NCBI GenBank assembly: GCA_963734475.1
Contig: CAVTHB010000003.1
Span: 60,390-124,389, forward strand
Direction of reading: 5' to 3'
Origin: an uncultured Nitrospira sp.
GTDB lineage: Bacteria; Nitrospirota; Thermodesulfovibrionia; Thermodesulfovibrionales; UBA6898
Length of the DNA stretch: 64,000 bases
The notes beneath the pieces were generated by a model. The model saw only the letters and a program-made list of their open reading frames with translations. It did no database searches and had not been told where the DNA came from. The translations under genes were made by a program, and so were the position numbers. This document shows, one piece after another, positions 10,903-20,469 of this stretch. Positions within the stretch are counted from its first letter, which is position 1, and every line of letters begins with the position of its first letter.

Positions 10903-11814
10903 ATGCAGATAGGAATGGTAGGTCTCGGCCGCATGGGTATGAACATGGCGTTACGCTTGCTCCGGGGCAGGCATGCTGTTGTTGCCTATAATCGTACTCC
11001 TGAGAAGGTCAAGGAGGTAGTAAAAAAGGGTGCGAAAGGGGCTTACACCTTGGAGGAACTTGTCACTGCGCTGAGACCCCCCCGCCATATCTGGATCATG
11101 CTTCCGGCCGGTCTGCCTGTTGATGAAACTATTACAAAGCTTAAGGGTCTGCTTCAAAGGGGTGATACTGTTATAGATGGAGGCAACAGCTTCTACAAAG
11201 ACGATGTCCGCAGGGAGCAGCAGCTAAGGCCTAGTGATATTCACTATCTGGACGCTGGTGTCAGCGGTGGTATATGGGGCCTCAAAATCGGTTACTGTCT
11301 CATGGTCGGCGGGGAGAAGAGGGTTTACAAGCGTCTTGAACCGGTCTTCAAAACCCTGGCGCCGAAGGACGGATATCTGTATTGCGGTCCTGCGGGGGCC
11401 GGTCATTTCGTGAAGATGGTTCATAACGGCATTGAGTACGGCATGATGTCGGCCTATGGAGAAGGGTTCGGGATCCTGAATGCGTCTCCGTATGCAGGAG
11501 GGCTTGATTTTGCGAAGGTGGCCCATCTGTGGAACCAGGGCAGTGTCGTGCGTTCGTGGCTGCTGGAACTGGCTGAGGACGCCTTTGAAAAGGACAAGGA
11601 CCTGTCGTTGATCCAGGGATATGTAGAGGATTCCGGTGAGGGTCGCTGGACATTGCAGCAGGCGATCGATACCGGCGTCCCGGCACCGGTTATATCCGCC
11701 GCGCTTTTTCAGCGGTTCCGGTCGCGGACAACTGATCCTCTTTCAGACAGGGTTCTGGCTGCTCTCAGGAACGAGTTCGGCGGGCATGCGGTCAAGAGCA
11801 AAAAGAAGTCCTAG
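10903..11814 (+). CDS. gnd: 6-phosphogluconate dehydrogenase, short decarboxylating (Gnd-like/YqeC) form
   Basis: N-terminal Rossmann motif MQIGMVGLGRMGMNMA, and a C-terminal 6PGD domain with GHFVKMVHNGIEYG. An AAGGGGG RBS lies 5 nt before the ATG at 10903. Confidence 0.88.
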   Translation: MQIGMVGLGRMGMNMALRLLRGRHAVVAYNRTPEKVKEVVKKGAKGAYTLEELVTALRPPRHIWIMLPAGLPVDETITKLKGLLQRGDTVIDGGNSFYKDDVRREQQLRPSDIHYLDAGVSGGIWGLKIGYCLMVGGEKRVYKRLEPVFKTLAPKDGYLYCGPAGAGHFVKMVHNGIEYGMMSAYGEGFGILNASPYAGGLDFAKVAHLWNQGSVVRSWLLELAEDAFEKDKDLSLIQGYVEDSGEGRWTLQQAIDTGVPAPVISAALFQRFRSRTTDPLSDRVLAALRNEFGGHAVKSKKKS

Positions 11815-11840
11815 CCGAAGATATTTTAATTTTAAAAGAA

Positions 11841-11948
11841 TTCACCACAGAGGACGCAGAGATCGCAGAGGTTAAGATAACATTGTTTCCCTGTGAGTGG
11901 CCAGACAACAAAATCATCCTCTCCGTGCTCTGCGTCCTCTGCGGTGAA
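11841..11948. repeat. Intergenic inverted-repeat element, family B (TTCACCRCAGAGGAC...), complete copy
   Basis: The left arm is ttcaccacagaggacgcagagatcgcagagg. The reverse complement of the right arm is ttcaccgcagaggacgcagagcacggagagg. The spacer is about 46 bp and the CAGAG motif has 9-nt phasing. Confidence 0.8.
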
Positions 11949-11968
11949 ACATCTTCTTTTAATGTATT

Positions 11969-14900
11969 ATGCCGGAAATAATTGATATATGCAGTCTTGA
12001 TTATCTGATAGGCACACTGGCCACTGCTTACAAGGGGCTTATCACTTCCCTGATCGCAAAAGATTTCTGCATGACCGAGAGTGAAGCTAAAGTTACGCTT
12101 AAGGGGACTGTCCTGTCTATGCCTGAGGGGGCTTACCAGGCGTTTCTCATGCAGGGGGGCATAGAACTGGCAAGGGCTGAAATGAGAGGCGGTTTTTTTG
12201 AGTTCCTTGTTGACAGCGAAAAGGTCAGATACGGCAGGAACCTCCAGATCGATATTGTCCAGAGAGGAAGGCATATAGGAACCTTTTTGCTCAGCCAGGA
12301 ACAGTCAGGGAGTATGTACCGGTCGGCCCTGGAACTATCTGAAGATCTTAAGGGTATAAATTTTCATCAGCTTACGGTCTTTCTGCGTGAGAAGCCGGGA
12401 CTCTTTAAAAGGTCCGAGGAGATAATCTCGAAGGTGCTCTCTACAAAAAAGGACTGGAGAAAGTTTTCTGAGGAGATAAACAGTTTTGCGAAGGACCTGT
12501 TCTGGAGTGAGAGAGAGGCGTTTTATTTCTGGTATGGCATACTTGTGGATTATTCGCACAAGGCGGCCGAGGCCGTTGACAGCGCATTCAGGGAAAAGCC
12601 GGTAGAAAACTTTCTTTTTCTGATCGAACTCCTGCTGGAGAACGAGTCTGACGAAGAAAAGATACTCAGGGCTGCCGGGGTCTGGCTTCGGAAGATGAAG
12701 GAGCCGGTAGACCTTTCCGGCACTCTGCCACAGGTCAGAAAGACCCTGACCGCTCTTCGTTCACGCTTCCCTGACGCTCCCATCGAAGCAGCGCTCCGGC
12801 AGCTTCTGCAATCACTGAAAAGGCTTGCAATGAAAGCCCCTGCCATACCTGCGGCCATTATCGACAGCCTCAGGGGGATTGTCTCAGACAGTGATCTTTC
12901 AAGGCTTATCGTCTACAGTGAAGAAAAAAGGGAAGTCTTACTGATAGAGGTAAAAGAACTTGAAGCCCTGCTCAGTGCAGGGAGATATACTGAATTGCTC
13001 GTAAGGATCAACGAAACGGACCTCTCTTTTTCTTATGATGCGGAAATGACCGATACCTTCTTTGCTGTTATAGAGAATAATATAAGCGGGGAGACCGCGC
13101 CGGAATATTTCGATGCGCTTGTTGTCTTTTTATCACTCTTTGCAGCATTGTCGCCGGAGGCATATAAAAGGGGTGTGCTGAACCTCGCGGGACTAATACG
13201 CTATCTCATAAGGCACAGGCTTGTAACGACATGCGCCGGCCTGCTGGGCAATATCGAGAGAGCCGGCCCCGGCATAAAAGAGGATCTCCTGCTGAACACT
13301 GAAATCGCGGCCTCGATCTGTGACGCGGGCAGTGAGACTCTTACAAAACAATACAGGGCGCTCCTTAGACAGATCGTGGTCCCTTTTCCGAGGATTACCG
13401 GCTTCTCGACCGACTCATGGGCCGAGATTGTACCCGGCCCTCACCTGGAAAGGCTGACCGCGTTCCTCTCTATCATCCGGCTGGACAGTGTCTGCTTCAG
13501 GGATGTACTGGTGCATCTTATCTGCAACCTTTCCGTAACAGGGGTCTTTATCCCTGATGACAAGCTTTTTCAGCGTGAAGTATCCTCCTATCTGAATTCA
13601 GCAGTTCTGGAGGAAGACTTCCTGCTGCATTACATACTTCTCAGGAAATTGCCTGTCTTCTTCAATGAGGTCGGGGCCTCCGGGAAGATAAGGGATTATA
13701 CTACTGAAATAGATGCCTGGGGCAACGACACTGTCCTCTATTTTCTGAGGAAGCAGGTCCATGTAAATGCGAGCAGTCAGAACATTGTCCTGGTCGAAAA
13801 GATAATACAGACCTGGCTGCGCCGGGACCCGGAAATCCTCAAAGACGTTGTGCCGGGGGAGATACTGAACAGGCTCGATGTGTCACTTCTCAATCGATAT
13901 TCAGCAGCGCTCCGGCCATTTTTTGAAGGCCTGAAAGTTGTTAAAGGCGGGGAGCTCTGCGTGGAAAAACTCCTTTCTCTTTCAGAAGGGGAACTGGAAC
14001 GGGGTCTGGCAGCCATTGAGACGGAAGAGGAGATCAGGGAAAAAATATTGCTCCTCAGCAGAATATACCTTGAGCTCCAAAAGAAATATTCACTCGAGAA
14101 CAGGAATATCCCGCATGAAGTTGCGGAGCAAAACGAACTCTGCGCAATGCTGGGCAGGAATATCGCGGGGATGAAAGAGCTTTGCAAAACCGTTATTTCT
14201 CCTGAAAAAACGGCGCCCCGGGAATCCCTTTATTTTAAAAGACATATTGCCTTCGGTATCCCCTCGGTTATCGGCACATATCACGAGCCGAAATTCGATG
14301 CCCTGGCAGGCATGCTCAGGATCGGCGAGGAGGTAAGGGTGAGCCTTGAGAAGATAATTTCTTCTGTCGGAAGCGGGTCCGCCGCATATTCTGAGGGCGA
14401 GCCAGGCGAATGGATAATATGTCTTGAAGGCATGCGGGACCTTTTCAATGTTTATGGACTCGGTAATTTTCAGATAGATGAAATTATCACGGTCCTCAGG
14501 ACGAACAGGTTTTTCATTTCCCAGGTAATTGATCTGTTGAGGATCTGGCAGGGGGAACTGGCGGCTATGGCAAATTCTCTCTCAAACACTTTTTATGAGG
14601 GTTTTTCCGGACTGCTTACTGTATTACCCGGGAATGATCTTCCGGAAATCGAACAACTATACGGAAATAGCGCTTTGCCCGGGACAACAGACGTTTATAT
14701 CAGGAACATCTTGAGTTCGGCCGCAGGATTCCTTGAACTTGACAGGCTTCTTGAAAAACTCCTGTCCTTATTAAAGCAGCGTGTTGTATCGGCTCGTGAT
14801 GATATCTTTATGCCGGTCGATACGCTGAAAAAGGAAGAGGAAGTTTTTGTCCTTGACGACCTTTCTGAAGAAGACGCGATGCGTTTGTCTCCTTTGCTCG

Positions 14901-16348
14901 GCGGAAAGGCGAAGAACCTCGCGTACCTCAAACAACAGGGGCTGGAAGTTCCGTCCGGCGTGGTCTTTTCTGCCGAAAAGACGGAATCCTTTCTGCAGTA
15001 CACAGGGGGAGAAGACTTCAAGTCAACTTTAAAAGACGCGGTAAGACATATTGAAGACCGGACAGACAAGGGTTATGGAAGTCCTGTTGATCCTCTCTTT
15101 CTTTCTGTCCGCAGCGGCTCTTATATTTCAATGCCCGGTATCATGTCGTCGATACTCTTTTGCGGTATGAACAGGGAGACACTCAGGGGATTTATAAACT
15201 CCCGCGGGAATGAATGGCTTGCGTACGATTCTTACCGAAGGTTCCTGGAGCACTTCGGTGCTGTTGTGTATGACCTTGGGGGTAATTATTTTGATGCTAT
15301 TCAGCTCTCTTATCTGAACAGCCTGGGGAAGGGGGCGGTGAAGGAATTGGGTACAGAACAGATGAAAACGCTCGCCGGTCTTTATCTGAACGGCCTGGCA
15401 GAACGGGGAATGCCTGTCCCTGAGGATGTATATGAGCAATTGAGACTTTCTGTCGGCGCTGTCTACCGGTCGTGGTATTCTGACAGGGCGCTTAGGTTCA
15501 GGAACGCGATGAATGTTTCAGAGCATTGGGGGACTTCAGTTTTGATCATGCAGATGATCTATGGCAATGAAAAAAACTCGGGGGCCTCGGTATTTTTTAC
15601 AAGAAGGCCGCCTTCGCTGGAAAAGGGTATTTATGGTGACACAGGAGAAAATTCAACTGGAGCTGATCTTGTAAATGGGAAGCAGGTCAACCTTCCTCTG
15701 GCTCGTCAGCAGGCTAAACATGGACAAAAAAGCCTTGAAGAGCTCGACCCGGGGTTGTTCAGGATGCATCAGGAGCTTGCAATACAAATTGAGAAGGTGA
15801 TGAGGGGAATGCCGCAGGAGGTCGAAGTGACCTATGCGACCGGACCGGAGGGAGGGAGGCATATCTATGTCCTTCAGACAAAGAGAATGGAGGTATACAG
15901 GGGGTTTACAAAGAGGTTTCAGGACGTCTGCCAAATGCATGCGAAGATCATAGGACGCGGGGTGGGAGTCCATGGAGGAGCGCTGAGCGGAGTGGCCACT
16001 TTTTCTTCCAGCCCTGAACGTATCAGAAAATTGCGCATGAGTTCAGGAATGCCGGTGATAGTCCTGAGGGCCATGGCTAGTACGGATGACGTTTCCCTGA
16101 TGCCTGAAGTGAACGGTATAATTACTGTTGCCGGAGGAGTTGCATCGCACGCTTCTATCCTGGCTCAGAAATTTGACCTGGCAGCAGTCGTGGGCTGTAC
16201 TGAGATGCATATGTATTCGGATGAAGAAGGCCAACCGTTCGCAAGGATAGGAAAATACCCGGTGAAGGAAGGCACGCTGATCAGTATGGACGGATCAACG
16301 GGTATGGTGTATTCCGGTTCCTGCGGGAGCACTTATCCGGAGCGGTAA
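11969..16348 (+). CDS. Giant PEP-synthase/PPDK-like dikinase-family protein. An uncharacterised N-terminal region of about 950 aa is followed by an ATP-grasp (PPDK_N) domain and a phosphohistidine swivel domain. There is no PEP/pyruvate TIM-barrel domain.
   Basis: The C-terminal third shows LGGKAKNLAYLKQQGLEVPSGVVF (PPDK_N nucleotide-binding domain) and GGVASHASILAQKFDLAAVVG (PEP-utilizer mobile domain with the catalytic His). The first roughly 950 aa have no motif I recognise. The exact start is uncertain. Confidence 0.8.
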   Translation: MPEIIDICSLDYLIGTLATAYKGLITSLIAKDFCMTESEAKVTLKGTVLSMPEGAYQAFLMQGGIELARAEMRGGFFEFLVDSEKVRYGRNLQIDIVQRGRHIGTFLLSQEQSGSMYRSALELSEDLKGINFHQLTVFLREKPGLFKRSEEIISKVLSTKKDWRKFSEEINSFAKDLFWSEREAFYFWYGILVDYSHKAAEAVDSAFREKPVENFLFLIELLLENESDEEKILRAAGVWLRKMKEPVDLSGTLPQVRKTLTALRSRFPDAPIEAALRQLLQSLKRLAMKAPAIPAAIIDSLRGIVSDSDLSRLIVYSEEKREVLLIEVKELEALLSAGRYTELLVRINETDLSFSYDAEMTDTFFAVIENNISGETAPEYFDALVVFLSLFAALSPEAYKRGVLNLAGLIRYLIRHRLVTTCAGLLGNIERAGPGIKEDLLLNTEIAASICDAGSETLTKQYRALLRQIVVPFPRITGFSTDSWAEIVPGPHLERLTAFLSIIRLDSVCFRDVLVHLICNLSVTGVFIPDDKLFQREVSSYLNSAVLEEDFLLHYILLRKLPVFFNEVGASGKIRDYTTEIDAWGNDTVLYFLRKQVHVNASSQNIVLVEKIIQTWLRRDPEILKDVVPGEILNRLDVSLLNRYSAALRPFFEGLKVVKGGELCVEKLLSLSEGELERGLAAIETEEEIREKILLLSRIYLELQKKYSLENRNIPHEVAEQNELCAMLGRNIAGMKELCKTVISPEKTAPRESLYFKRHIAFGIPSVIGTYHEPKFDALAGMLRIGEEVRVSLEKIISSVGSGSAAYSEGEPGEWIICLEGMRDLFNVYGLGNFQIDEIITVLRTNRFFISQVIDLLRIWQGELAAMANSLSNTFYEGFSGLLTVLPGNDLPEIEQLYGNSALPGTTDVYIRNILSSAAGFLELDRLLEKLLSLLKQRVVSARDDIFMPVDTLKKEEEVFVLDDLSEEDAMRLSPLLGGKAKNLAYLKQQGLEVPSGVVFSAEKTESFLQYTGGEDFKSTLKDAVRHIEDRTDKGYGSPVDPLFLSVRSGSYISMPGIMSSILFCGMNRETLRGFINSRGNEWLAYDSYRRFLEHFGAVVYDLGGNYFDAIQLSYLNSLGKGAVKELGTEQMKTLAGLYLNGLAERGMPVPEDVYEQLRLSVGAVYRSWYSDRALRFRNAMNVSEHWGTSVLIMQMIYGNEKNSGASVFFTRRPPSLEKGIYGDTGENSTGADLVNGKQVNLPLARQQAKHGQKSLEELDPGLFRMHQELAIQIEKVMRGMPQEVEVTYATGPEGGRHIYVLQTKRMEVYRGFTKRFQDVCQMHAKIIGRGVGVHGGALSGVATFSSSPERIRKLRMSSGMPVIVLRAMASTDDVSLMPEVNGIITVAGGVASHASILAQKFDLAAVVGCTEMHMYSDEEGQPFARIGKYPVKEGTLISMDGSTGMVYSGSCGSTYPER

Positions 16349-16391
16349 AAAATGAGATTATGTCATAATTCTGATAAAAAAAGGAGAGGTC

Positions 16392-17411
16392 ATGAAAGCA
16401 CAGAATATCGCAATTTTACTGTCATTTTGCTTTTCGCTTTTATTCGCCGGGGTTGTTTCAGCGGAGAAACAAAAAAGCATTTCAGAGCTGAATGAATACG
16501 GCGGCGAATCTATTGAGATCACTACGGAAAAGGGAGATTTTAGGTTTGATGTTATCCGAAAAAAAATTCTATACAATGATAGTAATGGGATAGTCATGAA
16601 AAAGGAAGTGTTTTACACGGAGAAGTTTGCGCGAAAAAGCGGGCATGAAAGACAAATTGACTACTATGGCGGCGACGGGAAAACGTTAAGGATAGAATAC
16701 TTCTATCCGGACAAGTTGGCAAATGAAGAGGGATATTACAGACAAATTGACTACTATGGCGACAATGGAAAAATGATAAAGGAGGAATTGTTCTACACGC
16801 CTAAGTTTTCATCTGAAAAAGGGTTTGACAGATCAATGGTATACTTCGACGAAAATGAGAAAAAAGTGCGCGGTGAAATGTTCCTCACGGATAAGGTCGC
16901 AGGCGAAAAGGGATATGAGATGGCGGTTGAATACTATGATGACAATGGAGATAAGACAAAGAAGGAATATTTCCATTTGGACGGGTCTGGCGGTGAAGAT
17001 GCAGCTAAAGTGGACAAATCTTTTCGTGGTAGCAGCAGAGTTGGCGTTACAAAAAATGAATTGCTGTATACGGACAAGGTAATAAATAAAAATGAATCCA
17101 CCAGGTCGGCAAATTATTATGACAGCGACGGGAAATTGGCAAGAAAAGAAACTTTCTATTCGGAGAAGAACGCTGGTGATAATGGATATAACAGGGAAAT
17201 TGACTACTATGACGGCAGCGGGAAGACTTCAAGGGCAGAAATCTTCTATACGGATGTTTTCGCAGGGAAGAATGGTTTCGATAGAGTAGTAATTTATTAC
17301 AAAGACGGGACACCGACAAGAGTTGAAAAGTATATGAACACGAAACTGGTTAGGAATTCGTCAGTGTCCGATAAACAAAATAAGCGGTCGTCCGGCCGTC
17401 GGGGCCGGTAG
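16392..17411 (+). CDS. Secreted repeat protein (about 30-aa tandem repeats, MORN-variant/YwqK-like)
   Basis: Signal peptide MKAQNIAILLSFCFSLLFAGVVSAE. The repeated unit is E-x-FYT-x-KF-x(3)-G-x(2)-RQIDYY-x(2)-GK, with at least 8 copies. Confidence 0.7.
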   Translation: MKAQNIAILLSFCFSLLFAGVVSAEKQKSISELNEYGGESIEITTEKGDFRFDVIRKKILYNDSNGIVMKKEVFYTEKFARKSGHERQIDYYGGDGKTLRIEYFYPDKLANEEGYYRQIDYYGDNGKMIKEELFYTPKFSSEKGFDRSMVYFDENEKKVRGEMFLTDKVAGEKGYEMAVEYYDDNGDKTKKEYFHLDGSGGEDAAKVDKSFRGSSRVGVTKNELLYTDKVINKNESTRSANYYDSDGKLARKETFYSEKNAGDNGYNREIDYYDGSGKTSRAEIFYTDVFAGKNGFDRVVIYYKDGTPTRVEKYMNTKLVRNSSVSDKQNKRSSGRRGR

Positions 17412-17499
17412 GCTCATACTGTCTGATATGTGATAAAATTACAACATTACGCAGAACAGTATTAAAGTCTCACAAAAGAGAAATCAGGAAGGGAAAATA

Positions 17500-19059
17500 A
17501 TGGAAAAGGTTGAACGTCGGACGGTCTCAGGCGGGGGGCAGGGCGCAGGCCGGAATGGTTTGATTGATAATTGCCAGATAGAGGTCCCGGGACCGTTCTG
17601 TCTTGTGATCTTCGGTGCCTCAGGCGACCTGACCAGGAGAAAGATAATCCCTGCGCTTTACAGACTGGAAAGGGACAGGCTGATTCCGGACGATTTCGTG
17701 GTCCTTGGCGTTGCCCGGACAGAAATGAATAACAGCTCATTCCGTGAGCTCATGCGCAAGGAGATAAGCAAGGCCTTTCCTGGGGACTTCGACAAGTCTG
17801 TCTGGAAGACAATGTCAGACCGCCTCTTCTACACGCATGTCGACTACGAACAGCAGGACTCCTTCAGGAGACTGAGAAGGCGTCTGGACAGCCTCGAAAA
17901 AAAGCATAAGACCCTCGGAAACCGCATCCTGTATCTCGCTGTTCCTCCTGAGGTATACGAGCCGATCATTTCGAATATCGGCTCTGCGGGCCTTTCCGTG
18001 GAAGGGGCAGGATATACCCATATCGTCATTGAGAAGCCGTTCGGCCGGGACCTTGAATCAGCGAGAAAGCTTAATGCTGTATTGAAAAGCTCCTTCAGTG
18101 AAAAACAGATATACCGCATGGACCATTATCTTGCGAAGGAGACGGTGCAGAATATCCTGATGTTCAGGTTCGCAAATTCGATATTTGAGCCCCTGTGGAA
18201 CAGGAGATATATCGACCATGTCCAGATTACGGTTGCCGAGACCCTGGGAGTCGGGCACAGGGCAGGCTATTATGAGCAGGCCGGTGTCCTGCGGGACATG
18301 TTCCAGAACCATATATTCCAGCTCCTTGCCCTTACCGCGATGGAACCCCCCTCGATCTTTGAAGCGGAAAGGGTGCGTGATGAGAAGATGAAGGTCTTCC
18401 GCTCCGTAAGGCCCTTTGCCTTTGACAAGCTTGAGGATGTGGCGGTAATCGGACAGTACAGTAAGGGGAAGATAAACGGTGAGGAAGTCCGCGGCTATCG
18501 TGAGGAGACAGAGGTAGCGCCGCATTCTGTGACACCGACATTCGCGGCCATGAAGGTATTTATAGACAACTGGAGGTGGAACAACGTGCCGTTTTACCTG
18601 CGTTCAGGCAAAAGACTCCTGAAGAGGAAGGCTGAAATCTCTGTTCATTTCAAACCTGTTCCTCATCTGATGTTTGCCGGGACGATCACGGAGGGCATAG
18701 AACCTAATACCGTAGTGATGAGGCTGCAACCCGATGAGGGGATCAGCCTTTACTTCCAGGCAAAGTCCCCTGGCACGCGGATCTGCCTGGACCCGGTAGT
18801 AATGGATTTTTCATATCAGAAGGTTTTTTCACTGAACGACTACGAGCGGGTCCTGCTGGACTGCATGCAGGGAGACCAGATGCTGTTTGTTCGCGGTGAC
18901 GGGGTCGAAGAGGCGTGGTCCCTGCTTTCGCCGGTCATAGAAAAGCTGGAAGCAAAAATATATGCGAAGAACCTTTCCATTTATGAGGCAGGATCAGCAG
19001 GCCCGGACAGCGCCCAGGATTTATTGAGAAAGGACGGACGTTCCTGGAGACCGCTGTGA
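17500..19059 (+). CDS. zwf: Glucose-6-phosphate 1-dehydrogenase
   Basis: It has the NADP motif [11 protein letters not shown] and the active-site RMDHYLAKE motif. It is full length. Confidence 0.93.
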   Translation: MEKVERRTVSGGGQGAGRNGLIDNCQIEVPGPFCLVIFGASGDLTRRKIIPALYRLERDRLIPDDFVVLGVARTEMNNSSFRELMRKEISKAFPGDFDKSVWKTMSDRLFYTHVDYEQQDSFRRLRRRLDSLEKKHKTLGNRILYLAVPPEVYEPIISNIGSAGLSVEGAGYTHIVIEKPFGRDLESARKLNAVLKSSFSEKQIYRMDHYLAKETVQNILMFRFANSIFEPLWNRRYIDHVQITVAETLGVGHRAGYYEQAGVLRDMFQNHIFQLLALTAMEPPSIFEAERVRDEKMKVFRSVRPFAFDKLEDVAVIGQYSKGKINGEEVRGYREETEVAPHSVTPTFAAMKVFIDNWRWNNVPFYLRSGKRLLKRKAEISVHFKPVPHLMFAGTITEGIEPNTVVMRLQPDEGISLYFQAKSPGTRICLDPVVMDFSYQKVFSLNDYERVLLDCMQGDQMLFVRGDGVEEAWSLLSPVIEKLEAKIYAKNLSIYEAGSAGPDSAQDLLRKDGRSWRPL

Positions 19060-19086
19060 CAGCTGCTATTATTTCCCTTTATTAGA

Positions 19087-19761
19087 ATGATATCTGTAAT
19101 CATACCGACACTGAATGAAGAAGCATACATGCGAACCTGTCTTGAAGCCGTCGGACAGGAGGACGCTGCCTGTGAGATCATCGTAGCCGATGGGGGAAGC
19201 ACTGACAGGACTGTTGAGATAGCCGAAAGCTTTCAGAAAGTGATGGTTCTGAACACAGATAAAGGCAGGGGGATTCAGATGAATGCCGGGGCCGCATCTG
19301 CTGCAGGAGAGACACTCCTGTTCCTCCATGCGGACACGATACTGCAAAAAGGCTGGAGCCGGGCGATTGAGCAGATGCTGAAGGACAATACCATTGCGGG
19401 CGGCGCTTTTACCTTTGCGATCGATAGTCCCATGAAGAAATACCGGACAGTAGAGCAGTGGGTGAAATTCAGATGCCGCCTTTTTAAACTCCCCTATGGT
19501 GACCAGGCTATTTTTGTCAGAACCGTTTTTTTTAAGAAACTGCAAGGATATAAAAACATACCTCTCATGGAGGATGTTGAGCTTATCGGAAGGCTTAAGG
19601 GGTTGGGGAGGATAGTAGTCCTTGATGCAAGGGCATTTACTTCGGAAAGGAGATGGCTTAGCAAAGGTTTGCTTTACACAGCCGCAATAAACCAGGCGGT
19701 CATGCTGCTTTACAGGCTCGGGATAAGCCCGCATATTCTGGCGAAGATATATTATCGATGA
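19087..19761 (+). CDS. Family-2 glycosyltransferase of the rSAM/selenodomain-associated type
   Basis: MISVIIPTLNEE...IIVADGGSTDRT is a GT-A fold signature. It overlaps the next gene by ATGA. Confidence 0.8.
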   Translation: MISVIIPTLNEEAYMRTCLEAVGQEDAACEIIVADGGSTDRTVEIAESFQKVMVLNTDKGRGIQMNAGAASAAGETLLFLHADTILQKGWSRAIEQMLKDNTIAGGAFTFAIDSPMKKYRTVEQWVKFRCRLFKLPYGDQAIFVRTVFFKKLQGYKNIPLMEDVELIGRLKGLGRIVVLDARAFTSERRWLSKGLLYTAAINQAVMLLYRLGISPHILAKIYYR

Positions 19762-20381
19762 ACAACAGGAACTTCCTGGGATTTTTTGTAAAATTTCCGG
19801 AACCCGGACAGGTGAAAACACGCCTCGCAAAGGACATCGGGCCTTTAGCTGCTTCGGCTTTTTACCGGAGGATCGCGGAATATGTTCTGAAGAGGACCGC
19901 CCCCCTGGATTCCGGCTATCTCAGAATAGTCTTTTATACACCTGAGGAGGAGAAAGAAGGTTTTGAGGAATGGCTGAAGGGTGAAGTTTTTCGGGCACAG
20001 AGGGGAGATGATGTCGGAGAAAGAATGGCAAATGCGCTGAGGGAGATGTTCGAAATGGGAGCGGAGAAGGCGATTGTTGTGGGCGCGGACATCCCGGGTC
20101 TGCACAGGGGAATTGTCGACCGGGCCTTCGGGCAACTCGATAGCTCCGACATAGTTATCGGTCCTGCCATGGATGGCGGTTACTATCTCATTGGGATGAA
20201 ATCAGCGCACCCTGAGGTTTTCCTGAATATCGACTGGGGGACGGCAGATGTCTTAACGCGGACCTTGTTCAATATAAAAGAAACGGGGTTGCTTTATCGT
20301 ACAGTTGAAACCCTGTTCGACGTTGATATTCTCAAAGATTTTCTGAGGGCAGAGGAAATTTTGAAAGATACCGGATACTGA
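19758..20381 (+). CDS. DUF2064 (CofC-like nucleotidyltransferase fold) protein, rSAM/selenodomain-associated type
   Basis: FVKFPEPGQVKTRLA...PAMDGGYYLIG is typical of DUF2064. It is translationally coupled to the GT2 gene. Confidence 0.8.
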   Translation: MNNRNFLGFFVKFPEPGQVKTRLAKDIGPLAASAFYRRIAEYVLKRTAPLDSGYLRIVFYTPEEEKEGFEEWLKGEVFRAQRGDDVGERMANALREMFEMGAEKAIVVGADIPGLHRGIVDRAFGQLDSSDIVIGPAMDGGYYLIGMKSAHPEVFLNIDWGTADVLTRTLFNIKETGLLYRTVETLFDVDILKDFLRAEEILKDTGY

Positions 20382-20469
20382 GGTCTTTCCATGGGCCTTC
20401 AAACAACACAGATAAGTAATTCAGAAAGGATTAAGTTGTTTTTGACCAAGGTGGGTCGGAATTGAATTT

